64,000 nt of DNA from the NCBI GenBank assembly GCA_965198235.1, contig OZ240248.1:3136001-3200000 (forward strand), read 5' to 3'. Below, piece by piece: positions 18,359 to 27,573 of this stretch. This DNA is from Candidatus Poribacteria bacterium (GTDB taxonomy: Bacteria > Poribacteria > WGA-4E > WGA-3G). Both the position numbers and the translations under genes were made by a program. The stretch's first letter is position 1. The number at the start of each line of letters is the position of its first letter. The notes under the pieces were generated by a model, which did no database searches, was not told the origin of the DNA, and was given only the letters and a program-made list of their open reading frames with translations.

Positions 18359-20056
18359 ATGTTTACTAAGCCATACGCTATAACACTCATCCTCATTACA
18401 CTATGTTTATGGACAGTGCAGGCGGAAACAGATAAACCCTTTTTTACGGAAGTGACCGCTGTGCTCGGTTTCACACAGACAGATACGCCTTGGCAGGCAG
18501 GGACGTACGCCCTACCGGAAGTAATCGGGAGTGGGGTTGCACTGTTCGATTACGATAACGATGACGCACTTGATGTCCTGCATGTCCGATTTCCGCCACC
18601 CGGAGAAGCGGATGCTCCCGCACCGAATCGGCTTTTTCGGCAACAATCTGATGGAACGTTTCTTGACGTTACGGAAACCGCTGGCATCGGACATGAAGGC
18701 TACGGACAAGGTGTCGCAATCGGGGATGTGGACAATGATGGGGATGCGGATGTCTATGTAACGAACTATGGTGCTGATGTGTTCTACCGTAACAACGGCG
18801 ATGGGACGTTTGCATTACAAGAGGCGGGACTCTCAAACGAAGCGTGGGGGACATCTGCGACCTTTGGCGATTATGACAGGGACGGATACCTCGATCTCTA
18901 TGTAGCGACCTACGTTCAGTTCGATCCAGAAGCGGTGTGTCGAGGGAAACATGGTGCCCCGGATTATTGCAATCCGCAGGTTTTTGAACCCGTAGCGGAT
19001 CGGTTGTTCCGAAACAACGGCGACGGCACTTTCACAGATGTAACGCAACAGGCGGGAATCGCTGCAATGCCCGGCAGAGGTCTCGGTGTTGTGTGTCTTG
19101 ATTTGACAGGCGATGGTTGGGCGGATTTTTATGTCGCGAACGACGGGGAAGCGAACCAACTCTGGGTAAATCAGACGGATGGCACTTTTGTTGAGGAAGC
19201 CATATTGCACGGGGTGGCGTTTAACGCCTATGGACAACCTGAGGGGAGTATGGGCATCGCTGTCGGTGATGTCAACGGTGATACGCGTCCAGACCTGTTT
19301 GTGACACACTTGTCAGGTGAAACAAATACGCTTTATGTCGCTTCTACCTACGCTGTATGCGTTGATACGACTGAAATGGCGGGATTCGCCGGACGCGATC
19401 TACCCTTTACAGGGTTTGGGTGCGGTTTCGTGGATTTCGATAATGATGCCGATCTGGACATTGCACTCGTCAACGGTCGGGTGAAGCGCGGTGCTGTTCT
19501 TGAGGGTGCGAACACCGGTGAGTTTTGGAACTTCTATGCTGAACCGAATCTTCTCTTTCAAAATTCTCGGGCACGACTTGTAGGGAAAACCGGTCTTGTG
19601 CCTGCCCAGAGTATTGCTTTCACCGATGTGAGTTCGCGCGCGCTCGATTTCACGGGACGGGTTGAAGTGAGCCGCGGAATGGCTTTCGGTGATGTCGATA
19701 GAGATGGCGATGTTGATATGATAGTGAGCGGTCTCGACAATCGGCTCCGCTTTTTCCGAAACGATGCCCCCTCACCACAACATCATTGGCTTTCTGTTCA
19801 GGCGATCACCCAACATCGCGATGCGCTTGGTGCGCAAGTGACGCTTCGGACCGCATCGCAGACATTGACGGGTTACGTGTTATCGGGGACCGGTTATCTC
19901 AGCAGCAGTGAACCGAATGTACATTTCGGATTAGGGACAATCGATACAATTCAGGCGATTGAGGTCTACTGGCAAGATGGAACTCGTGAAAAGTTTCCTG
20001 GCACAACAACCAATCAACGCGTGACGGTTTATCAAGGGAAGGGGGTGTCTTTTTGA
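18359..20056 (+). CDS. CRTAC1-family secreted protein (FG-GAP/VCBS repeats plus ASPIC/UnbV)
   Basis: Signal peptide, repeated GDxDxDGxxD motifs, C-terminal GYLSSSE..VHFGLG. Confidence 0.88.
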   Translation: MFTKPYAITLILITLCLWTVQAETDKPFFTEVTAVLGFTQTDTPWQAGTYALPEVIGSGVALFDYDNDDALDVLHVRFPPPGEADAPAPNRLFRQQSDGTFLDVTETAGIGHEGYGQGVAIGDVDNDGDADVYVTNYGADVFYRNNGDGTFALQEAGLSNEAWGTSATFGDYDRDGYLDLYVATYVQFDPEAVCRGKHGAPDYCNPQVFEPVADRLFRNNGDGTFTDVTQQAGIAAMPGRGLGVVCLDLTGDGWADFYVANDGEANQLWVNQTDGTFVEEAILHGVAFNAYGQPEGSMGIAVGDVNGDTRPDLFVTHLSGETNTLYVASTYAVCVDTTEMAGFAGRDLPFTGFGCGFVDFDNDADLDIALVNGRVKRGAVLEGANTGEFWNFYAEPNLLFQNSRARLVGKTGLVPAQSIAFTDVSSRALDFTGRVEVSRGMAFGDVDRDGDVDMIVSGLDNRLRFFRNDAPSPQHHWLSVQAITQHRDALGAQVTLRTASQTLTGYVLSGTGYLSSSEPNVHFGLGTIDTIQAIEVYWQDGTREKFPGTTTNQRVTVYQGKGVSF

Positions 20057-21648
20057 AGAAATTATCCTCTTATATCATTGGTTTTTTTCTTCTCATACTG
20101 TTCAGTGTCCGTATTTTTGCTGGTGGCGACATTGATATTCCCGAACCTGCTGATCTTGACTTGGTTGAGGAAAAATTGCTTTTGAAGGCTATTGAAACTG
20201 CGCAGGACAAGGTCCGGCGTTCGCCTGACAATGCCGATGTTTGGGGACAATTGGGGCATGTCTACCTCAGCCACGGGTGGGAGATTCCAGCGATACCGTG
20301 TTATCACCGGGCAAGTCAACTTGCTCCAAAGGAATTCCGGTGGTACTACTTACTCGGAAGACTAAACGAGCAGCACCAGCCTGAGGCAGCTGTTGAACAT
20401 CTCACCCGCGCGCTCGCTTTGCACCCAACATACGTGCCTGCGCATCTTTATCTCGCTTCCGCACTCCGCATTTTAGGACGGCTTGATGAAGCCCGGCACC
20501 ATCTGGAGCGAGCGAGGCAACTCCAATCTGATAATCCGTTTTCTGAACTTTGGCTCGGTGAAATCGCGCTGACGAAACAGCAGGTGAAACTCGCTCGGAC
20601 GCATTTAGAGAAAGCACTCCGCTTGAACCCAGGACAAAGTGAAGCGCACGCACTGATGGCGCAAGTCGCTGTTGTCCTCGGGGATAAGCCAACGGCAAAA
20701 CAGCACGCGGAAGCATCGCGCCATCCGAGCGAATACGGTGAGTTACCGGATCCCGTCTGGTTGGAAGTCTTGGAAGCCGGTGTTACTGCTTCGCTGTATG
20801 CAGAACGCGGTAGGCGTTATATGTCAGCCGGAGACTATGTCCGTGCTATTGCTGAATTTGAGCCGCTTATCTCAGACGCACAGAAAGATATAAAGGTCTG
20901 GTTCGACTATGGCGTTTCACTCCTCTATACGACACGGCACAACGAAGCCTTAGCAGTATTAGAACACCTCCTGTCGCTACTCGACAAGGATATTGAGGTG
21001 CAGAAGAAGAGAAGTGCGGAGGAGATAGCCTACTTGAAAGCGCAGGCACATAACTATATAGGACAGATCTATTATGAAACCGGACAGACTGCTGCAGCGA
21101 TCCGTGCCTGCCGAACGGCACTTCAGTTTAAAAAAAATAAAACAGATAGCGAATCTCAGGGACAGTTGAACCCTTCGAATTACGACACTTTTTTCTCAAA
21201 TGTACACGCGGATCTTGCGACAATGTATGAAAACACAGGGCAGCTTGGAGAGGCAATTCGGCACTATCAGGAGGCACTTGAACTCGCGCCATCTCAACTG
21301 TCCGTGCATCGCGATCTTGCTGGTGCCTATTGGAAAAAATGGCGTTATACGGCAGCCGAGCCACACTACAAACAGGTCATCACCCACGACGCAACGGATG
21401 TCCAAGCCGTTTATAGACTCGGTTTAATTTCTCTGATGAAGGAGGACTATCTCCAAGCCGTCTCACTGTTTCAGAAGGTTATCGCAATTGAGGCGACGCA
21501 CGTTCGCGCATACGGCGTATTAGGTGTTGCTTATCAGGAACTTGGAAATATCCCAGAGGCGATTGGTATCTTTGAACGGGTTTTAGAATTAGAACCGGGG
21601 AATAAGGTTGCGTTAGACAAACTCAGGGAACTGCATGAATCAAAGTAG
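20053..21648 (+). CDS. secreted tetratricopeptide-repeat protein
   Basis: Signal peptide and many 34-aa TPR units (A..HLERA..L.P); overlaps the CRTAC1 stop codon. Confidence 0.85.
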   Translation: MKKLSSYIIGFFLLILFSVRIFAGGDIDIPEPADLDLVEEKLLLKAIETAQDKVRRSPDNADVWGQLGHVYLSHGWEIPAIPCYHRASQLAPKEFRWYYLLGRLNEQHQPEAAVEHLTRALALHPTYVPAHLYLASALRILGRLDEARHHLERARQLQSDNPFSELWLGEIALTKQQVKLARTHLEKALRLNPGQSEAHALMAQVAVVLGDKPTAKQHAEASRHPSEYGELPDPVWLEVLEAGVTASLYAERGRRYMSAGDYVRAIAEFEPLISDAQKDIKVWFDYGVSLLYTTRHNEALAVLEHLLSLLDKDIEVQKKRSAEEIAYLKAQAHNYIGQIYYETGQTAAAIRACRTALQFKKNKTDSESQGQLNPSNYDTFFSNVHADLATMYENTGQLGEAIRHYQEALELAPSQLSVHRDLAGAYWKKWRYTAAEPHYKQVITHDATDVQAVYRLGLISLMKEDYLQAVSLFQKVIAIEATHVRAYGVLGVAYQELGNIPEAIGIFERVLELEPGNKVALDKLRELHESK

Positions 21649-21698
21649 AGGTGCCGGTATGTGTGAGGCGTGGGAACGTCAACGGGAAGGTTACTCAT

Positions 21699-21919
21699 CA
21701 AAATCTTCAGGTTGGAAACCCCTGAATTCATTCAGGCGAGGAAACCCCGCCTCCTTTGTTAATAATAAGTGCAGGCTGTATTTTACCTCGCGCCTGCAAC
21801 GAGTACCCACTATTAATATCGCCGTGGGGAGGCGACCTGTAGTCAGCGGTTTAACTTGTGGAGTGGACGTTTGGCGGACGCTTCGCACAAGCCCCCGAAT
21901 TTATTCGGGGGTTACTGAC
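21699..21919 (-). mobile_element. 221-bp non-autonomous IS200/IS605 element of the IscB/HEARO (omegaRNA) type
   Basis: Minus strand starts GTCAGTAACCCCCGAATAAATTCGGGGGCTTG, ends GTTTCCTCGCCTGAATGAATTCAGGGGTTTCC...TTTTG, followed by ATGA; no credible ORF. Confidence 0.75.
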
Positions 21920-21979
21920 AGACGCACTGTGGAATTTACCATAACCCAGTACGTCTACGAGCGTCGAAAAAAGGAGCGG

Positions 21980-22750
21980 TTATTGGTTGATATGATGCGT
22001 TGCTTTAATATGCCCCCAGGTTGTACCGAGTTTACCTTCGGGATCGACTGCCAAGTATTGCTGAAATCCCTCCATCAGCACCTCAATGTCTTCTTGTTCC
22101 AGTGCCGAGTGGAAGATAGCGACTTCATCCATCGCTCCCGGAAAGAAGTTGCCGTTTGGATCCCAGACGCCGCATCCACCGATATTGACGTTAAAGGCAG
22201 ACGTGCCATGATTTGCCCAACCACCTTTTTTCTCGACGTATTCACCATCAATATAGGTATGGACGTATTCCGTCGTAGCGACACAACCCACGTGATGCCA
22301 TTTACCATCATCGTGTTTGAATTCCCAAGGCTTCTGTGTGCCACCAGCGGTAGGTGTCCAGAGGTTGACCGCTTGGGGAGTGATGAACCCGAATTCAGGG
22401 GAGTCGTTCTGTCCGACGAGTCCCGTACGGTTGGCGTTGACATCACCGGTTTGCACCCAAGTAATAATGGTGAACTCTTCGAGATTGTCAAGAAGTTTCT
22501 GACCTGTTTTGACGCAGCTGGCTTTTCCATCAAATCTAAGTGCCGTGCCGAACTTGCCCTTTACCCATTCAGGAGATTTCTCTAAGTCGGCGTCGTTTCC
22601 TTCAGGAGAAAGGTCTGTAGCGACAGCCCCTTTGCCCTCATCGAATAACCATATACCGACTGCTGTTTCGAGGTCGATCTCGGCGGTGCTAACATGAACA
22701 GCAATGAGGCTGAAACACACCACACCGAGTGTTAATAACACTTTTTTCAT
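21980..22750 (-). CDS. secreted LamG/concanavalin A-like domain protein with C-terminal TTWG tail
   Basis: Signal peptide, GIWLFDEG, GKFGTALRFDG, WHHV, MDEVAIF..AL; ends AVDPEGKLGTTWGHIK. Confidence 0.85.
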   Translation of the reverse strand: MKKVLLTLGVVCFSLIAVHVSTAEIDLETAVGIWLFDEGKGAVATDLSPEGNDADLEKSPEWVKGKFGTALRFDGKASCVKTGQKLLDNLEEFTIITWVQTGDVNANRTGLVGQNDSPEFGFITPQAVNLWTPTAGGTQKPWEFKHDDGKWHHVGCVATTEYVHTYIDGEYVEKKGGWANHGTSAFNVNIGGCGVWDPNGNFFPGAMDEVAIFHSALEQEDIEVLMEGFQQYLAVDPEGKLGTTWGHIKATHHINQ

Positions 22751-22772
22751 GATGTCTCCTTCCAATGTTACC

Positions 22773-22800
22773 GATCGCGTGCTTGGAACGCGCGCCTACG
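22773..22800 (-). repeat. GTAG REP hairpin
   Basis: Minus strand GTAGGCGCGCGTTCCAAGCACGCGATCG. Confidence 0.55.
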
Positions 22801-22976
22801 GGGTTGAGATTCATATTCTACCTCCAATTATAATAGCGTATATAACACAAAATTGCAAGAAAAACCTGATTCAGTAAAGCCCTCTGTGTTTGTGCACATT
22901 GTGACTTCTCTAAATCAGGTTTAAGAATGTTATCTGAGAATTTCCTGCTACTACAGGGTAAGGAGATTCTCAACGT

Positions 22977-23753
22977 CTAATAACTATCTTTCAGGTGTCC
23001 CCAGATTGTGGGTAGTTTGTTAGCGGGTTCAACGGCGAGTGCTTGGGCATTGAGGAGTTTGGCATCACCAATCGCAGAATGGTCGCAACCGATTCCGTCG
23101 CTGCCATCACCCATGATGATTTCAAGTTCTTTCGCGTTGGCAGGAAGGTCAATTTCCACTTTGACGGCTTCAACCTGTTTTCCGCCATCGGTGCCTTGAA
23201 GTGTATCGGATTTGAAAACCTGTTTTCCGTCAACACTGAAAATGAAATCGCTGCTGCCGCCGTGGTTACATTCTGCTGGGTCTTTCTCGTCTGCCATGCC
23301 GACGTAGCCTTCAAATTTGAGGTAATCATCTCCACTTAGATCGTAGACGATGGTTGCAATTGCATGCGAGCCGATGCCACGTTCAAAGTAGATACCACCG
23401 ATGACGATTTCGTTGCGGGTGCCGCCCCCTTCGCCGATAGTCGCATTGTCTACATCAAGGGGACCACCCCAACCCGTCCATTCAGCTTCAGGGTTTTTGG
23501 GATTAAGCCCGCACTTATTCGGTTTAGGTTGGTTACCGCCAATGAAGGCGAGGTAGGTAACACCCTTGCGGTCATCTTCTTCGACGACCTCGTCGTAGTC
23601 GTTCTGCTTACCAGCATCTTCCTTACCAACCTCTTTAATAGGTTTCGCGCCGTCGCCATCTATGTTTTCACAGTCGGCTTTACCAGCATAGGCACTGAAG
23701 GCAAATCCAACGGTAAGCATGAGGATGCGCGCGCATACGTTAAGAGCTTTCAC
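22977..23753 (-). CDS. secreted NPCBM/NEW2 carbohydrate-binding protein with C-terminal TxWG tail
   Basis: FERGIGSHA..IVYDL, F.VDGKQVF, DGIGCDHSAIGDAKL; ends AVEPANKLPTIWGHLK; GGAGG RBS. Confidence 0.8.
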   Translation of the reverse strand: MKALNVCARILMLTVGFAFSAYAGKADCENIDGDGAKPIKEVGKEDAGKQNDYDEVVEEDDRKGVTYLAFIGGNQPKPNKCGLNPKNPEAEWTGWGGPLDVDNATIGEGGGTRNEIVIGGIYFERGIGSHAIATIVYDLSGDDYLKFEGYVGMADEKDPAECNHGGSSDFIFSVDGKQVFKSDTLQGTDGGKQVEAVKVEIDLPANAKELEIIMGDGSDGIGCDHSAIGDAKLLNAQALAVEPANKLPTIWGHLKDSY

Positions 23754-23865
23754 TTGTTTTGACCTCCATCTGTTTTTCGTGTTTTTTGCACAAGTGTTCT
23801 CGAACGAGATTTTTGGTAATTAATTGTACCTACTAAATAAAAAAACGCCTCTTGATGTGTGTCAG

Positions 23866-24330
23866 TTATACCGCCGAAGGGTGCAGGATCGCTTCGTCGA
23901 TTCGATGATATTTATAGCGTTCATCGGGTGCAAACACGATCTCCAATTCACGCTGCGCACTCATCGCAGAGTCGGAAGCGTGCACAATGTTATGTGTGAT
24001 ATTGATTGAGAAATCGCCTCGGATACTTCCGGGTTGTGATTTCTTTGGGTCGGTTTCCCCATTAATAATGCGGACTAATTCTATTGCGCCCCGTCCCTCA
24101 ATGGCTAAAGCGACGATAGGTGCTGAGGTTATGAATTCGATAAGTACATCGTAAAAAGATTTGCCTTGATGGACAGCGTAGAGTTCCTCTGCTGTGTTGC
24201 GTGGGAGCTGCAACAATTTCATTCCAACGATTTTGAGTCCTTTGCGTTCATAGCGAGCAATGACTTCACCGATAAGCCCACGTTGAACACCGTCCGGTTT
24301 GATGAGAACCAGCGTCTGTTCTGTTTCCAT
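23866..24330 (-). CDS. ndk: nucleoside diphosphate kinase
   Basis: TLVLIKPDGVQRGLIG, PGSIRGDF, NIVHASDS. Confidence 0.96.
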   Translation of the reverse strand: METEQTLVLIKPDGVQRGLIGEVIARYERKGLKIVGMKLLQLPRNTAEELYAVHQGKSFYDVLIEFITSAPIVALAIEGRGAIELVRIINGETDPKKSQPGSIRGDFSINITHNIVHASDSAMSAQRELEIVFAPDERYKYHRIDEAILHPSAV

Positions 24331-24492
24331 AGTCCCTCCATTTTAACCTTGGCACGTGCTAACACAGCACGCCCATATTAACGCTCTGGGATACAAGCAT
24401 TCGGGCTTGACATCAAGCCACTTTAAGTATACCATATTTTTCACGGTGTTTTCCAATTTTATTTTACCGAAATCGATCCAGTAGAGGTAGTT

Positions 24493-25470
24493 ATGTACGA
24501 TAAACTCGGAGAGGTAGGACTCAAGACAAAAGAACGGATGGAAGTCGGTGTGATTACTGCGCCGGATATGCTCCATGCCGAAGAGATGAAGCAGTTCCTT
24601 GGACATAAGCCGGGCAACTATAAGTGGCATATTGAACGGTGTGTTACAGAAGTGCTTGATGCGTTAGAAACCCGTTTCTATGTCGGTAAACTTGACGGAG
24701 ATGTGATTACCAACATCATGACGGTCGAGTACGAAGGAGTCGGTATTTTAGGGCACGTTTTTACGCTCCCGCAACAGCGGAGGAAGGGTGCGTGTAAAGG
24801 CGTGATGGCGTATCAGATGGAAGATTTCCGGCAGCGGGCAGGCGGCGCGCTCTATCTCGGTACAGGCTACAATAGCCCGCCGTATTACATCTATCATAGT
24901 TTCGGATTTGAAAGTGTGTTTCCAGAATCCGGTTTTATGAAGTATTATGTAAATGGAGACTTCGAAGAACGCTACTTCGCACCTACGTCCGCACATCCGA
25001 AACCTGTGGAATGGCACGATTGGCCGAAAGTCACGGTGTTGTCAGGCATTGTTGGGTGGGACACGCTGCGGAGTCTTAAATGGGCAGTTTACGGTCCCAT
25101 GAACCTTGAAGGTGGTTTTCTCAGTTTCAAACACGATTTGGAAGCCGAAGATACCTATGCTGATGCGAAGTTGCTGATTTCGTCGGGTGGTGCGATCGTC
25201 GGATGGGCGACTGTCGGTCGCGATGCGCGCTGGCGACCGGCGACTGCGGTGTTGGATCTCTTCTTTCATCCGAATTTTGCAGACGATGTTCCTGCGTTGC
25301 TTTCAGCGGTAACGTTCCCTAATGTGAAGGTTCAGTGTTATGTTGACAGCGGTGCTGAGAAGAAGGCGGAGATTTTGGAAACTGCCGGATTTACCTGCGA
25401 AGGACGGTTTAAAAATCAGTTTGCGTATCAAGGGCAGAATTATGACGTTTTGGTATTTGCACGGGAATAA
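24493..25470 (+). CDS. GNAT-family acetyltransferase (tandem GNAT-like)
   Basis: GHVFTLPQQRRKGAC motif A, IYHSFGFE, second LETAGFTCEG; upstream TTGACA-17 nt-TACCAT. Confidence 0.75.
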   Translation: MYDKLGEVGLKTKERMEVGVITAPDMLHAEEMKQFLGHKPGNYKWHIERCVTEVLDALETRFYVGKLDGDVITNIMTVEYEGVGILGHVFTLPQQRRKGACKGVMAYQMEDFRQRAGGALYLGTGYNSPPYYIYHSFGFESVFPESGFMKYYVNGDFEERYFAPTSAHPKPVEWHDWPKVTVLSGIVGWDTLRSLKWAVYGPMNLEGGFLSFKHDLEAEDTYADAKLLISSGGAIVGWATVGRDARWRPATAVLDLFFHPNFADDVPALLSAVTFPNVKVQCYVDSGAEKKAEILETAGFTCEGRFKNQFAYQGQNYDVLVFARE

Positions 25471-25615
25471 CAGTGGAAATGTGCTTGTGTACTTGTACAT
25501 TTTAAGTTGATAAATTTTTAACATCTGTGGTATGATAAAATCAGAGTTGAGATTGTGCAATGCTGCTTACCGAGCAACCTCGTACCATCCTCCCTGCTAC
25601 ACGGAATAAATAGCC

Positions 25616-27571
25616 ATGGTAACATATGAACAATGGAACAAAGCAATCATCTCCTACTTTTTTGAAGATTGTGAGCCAAATCAAATTGTCTTTTTGCAGA
25701 CCAATGCTGAAATGCTTTCTGAAATCGCTGAACTTTCTGATTTTGACGTAGCGGATGCTACTGAGAGTTTAAAAATGGCTGTGCGGCATGAAGTTGTCCG
25801 CAGCGACGCAGTTAACTTTCAGGGAATCAAGCCAACTTTGTGGAAAGACTATTCCAAAGAAGAGCCGCCTCAAGTTGCTTTTCTCGCTTTCACAGTGCTC
25901 GCCGCGAGTTTGATGGATTCTGAAAGTTCCGTTGGCTCTCAGAATTATTATATTCGTCTCAATGAGTTATTGTTTGGGCAGTCGGTTAAAGGGGCACCAC
26001 AAGGTTTTAAGCACCCGCAATTTGAAGGGTTTTGGAAACATATCCGAAGATGGTTACGCGATCAGCATGGTGTTGTACTTTATTTAACCGAAGGTTCATC
26101 AAACCGAAGGTACGTTTGGTACCCGATTTCGCAATGCTTGATAAGCAAGCGGGATCGACGGCTCATTTATCGCTTTTTTCGTGACCATGAATTAGTGCCA
26201 TTTTCAAGAATCCCGGATAACCAACTTGAAAGAGATCTTCGTGCTTGGTTAAGACAATCAGCCGGACCTACCAAAATTGAGCGTTATTTTTCCAACGAAT
26301 CCTATAAGCAGTCTATCCTTAGTCAAGTCAAATCACTGCTGGAACACTGGAATGGTGAAATTCCACCTGAGCCTCCTCACGGTGAGAAACAGACAACTGC
26401 CTCAGTCAACGTTGAAATCCGATTTGATCCGTTTGACAATGATGTAGAAATTCGTTACTGGTTCCCCACGCGTGGAAGAGACAAAACGAGATGTAAGACT
26501 AACTCTTTGGGGATTCAGGACCTACAACCATCGCATTTAAAAAAGTGGTTTCGGCCAGTCACTGATAACGAAGGGACATTTTGGAATTGGAATTTATTGA
26601 ATTGCTTGCAATTGCAAACACATGAAACCAATTCGATAATTTACACACTGGGTCTTTCCGATGTCTGGGTTTTTCGAGAAGATTCTGAACGGGACGACGG
26701 TTGGCTGTCTCAGCGAAACATGCAGCGGTATGAAGATCACTTAATAATATTTCGTAAGAGGCTTGTTAGTCAGGTCATAGATTGTTTAAGGCAAACTTGT
26801 GAACAAGAATTTGAAGAACCCAGTCCTATCTATGTTGATGGGAAAGAAAATGATTGGCTGTACCTGCGAGCTGAACCTACCAAATTTGTATCTTTTTCCG
26901 AACAAAATCTCTGGAAACTTTCTGTCGTTTCGAGTGAGCGGATAGGTCTTATTGGTGGGCTATCGGTCAAAAATCAAGATGGTCGCAAGGCTTACCTTGA
27001 TTTCTGTCTTCCCAGTGTTTTCGTCCCTGATTCTGGGCTTCCTGATGAAGAGTTTTTGTGGATTGATGAACAAGCGTTTGCAGTTGACGCAGATCGGGTT
27101 GTTAAGTTAGATGGTGTACTGGATCCGGGTTCTCATTTGCTTACCTATGGGAGGCAAACAAGAGAATTACAGGTTATATCTCCCGAATGCTCGTTGGAGC
27201 ATCATAACCGAACCTTAATCATCTCTATATTTGAAGATCAAGCATCAATGCCTACTTATACCATAAAAGAGATTCCGGAAATTTCAAAGCGATCTGGGAT
27301 CTGGCTCACTGGCGCGCAGATTTTCGGAGACATCCCACCACCTCCACCATCAGACAAATTTTCCAAAGTTTCTGCGCATATCATCTCGTCAGTTGTGAAA
27401 GTTGCAATCGATTTCAAGAAAGGAAACACCTCCGTGCCAGAGTGGTTTGACGAAGCGATTGAATACTTGGAACAGAATGTAGGTCTCCAAACCATGGTTA
27501 AGAAAAAGTTGAACCTTTATCACGAAACGGCTCTGTCCTACGTAGAACTCCGCAAACAAATAGGTAAGTAG
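25616..27571 (+). CDS. hypothetical defence-island protein (Druantia DruF/DruH-N-like, inferred)
   Basis: 651 aa, first gene of an AT-rich coupled operon upstream of a DUF1998 helicase. Confidence 0.6.
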   Translation: MVTYEQWNKAIISYFFEDCEPNQIVFLQTNAEMLSEIAELSDFDVADATESLKMAVRHEVVRSDAVNFQGIKPTLWKDYSKEEPPQVAFLAFTVLAASLMDSESSVGSQNYYIRLNELLFGQSVKGAPQGFKHPQFEGFWKHIRRWLRDQHGVVLYLTEGSSNRRYVWYPISQCLISKRDRRLIYRFFRDHELVPFSRIPDNQLERDLRAWLRQSAGPTKIERYFSNESYKQSILSQVKSLLEHWNGEIPPEPPHGEKQTTASVNVEIRFDPFDNDVEIRYWFPTRGRDKTRCKTNSLGIQDLQPSHLKKWFRPVTDNEGTFWNWNLLNCLQLQTHETNSIIYTLGLSDVWVFREDSERDDGWLSQRNMQRYEDHLIIFRKRLVSQVIDCLRQTCEQEFEEPSPIYVDGKENDWLYLRAEPTKFVSFSEQNLWKLSVVSSERIGLIGGLSVKNQDGRKAYLDFCLPSVFVPDSGLPDEEFLWIDEQAFAVDADRVVKLDGVLDPGSHLLTYGRQTRELQVISPECSLEHHNRTLIISIFEDQASMPTYTIKEIPEISKRSGIWLTGAQIFGDIPPPPPSDKFSKVSAHIISSVVKVAIDFKKGNTSVPEWFDEAIEYLEQNVGLQTMVKKKLNLYHETALSYVELRKQIGK

Positions 27572-27573
27572 AT

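Noticed and set aside
21635-22585. 316-aa plus-strand ORF
   Set aside because: Antisense to the LamG gene and runs through the mini-element; no recognisable domain.
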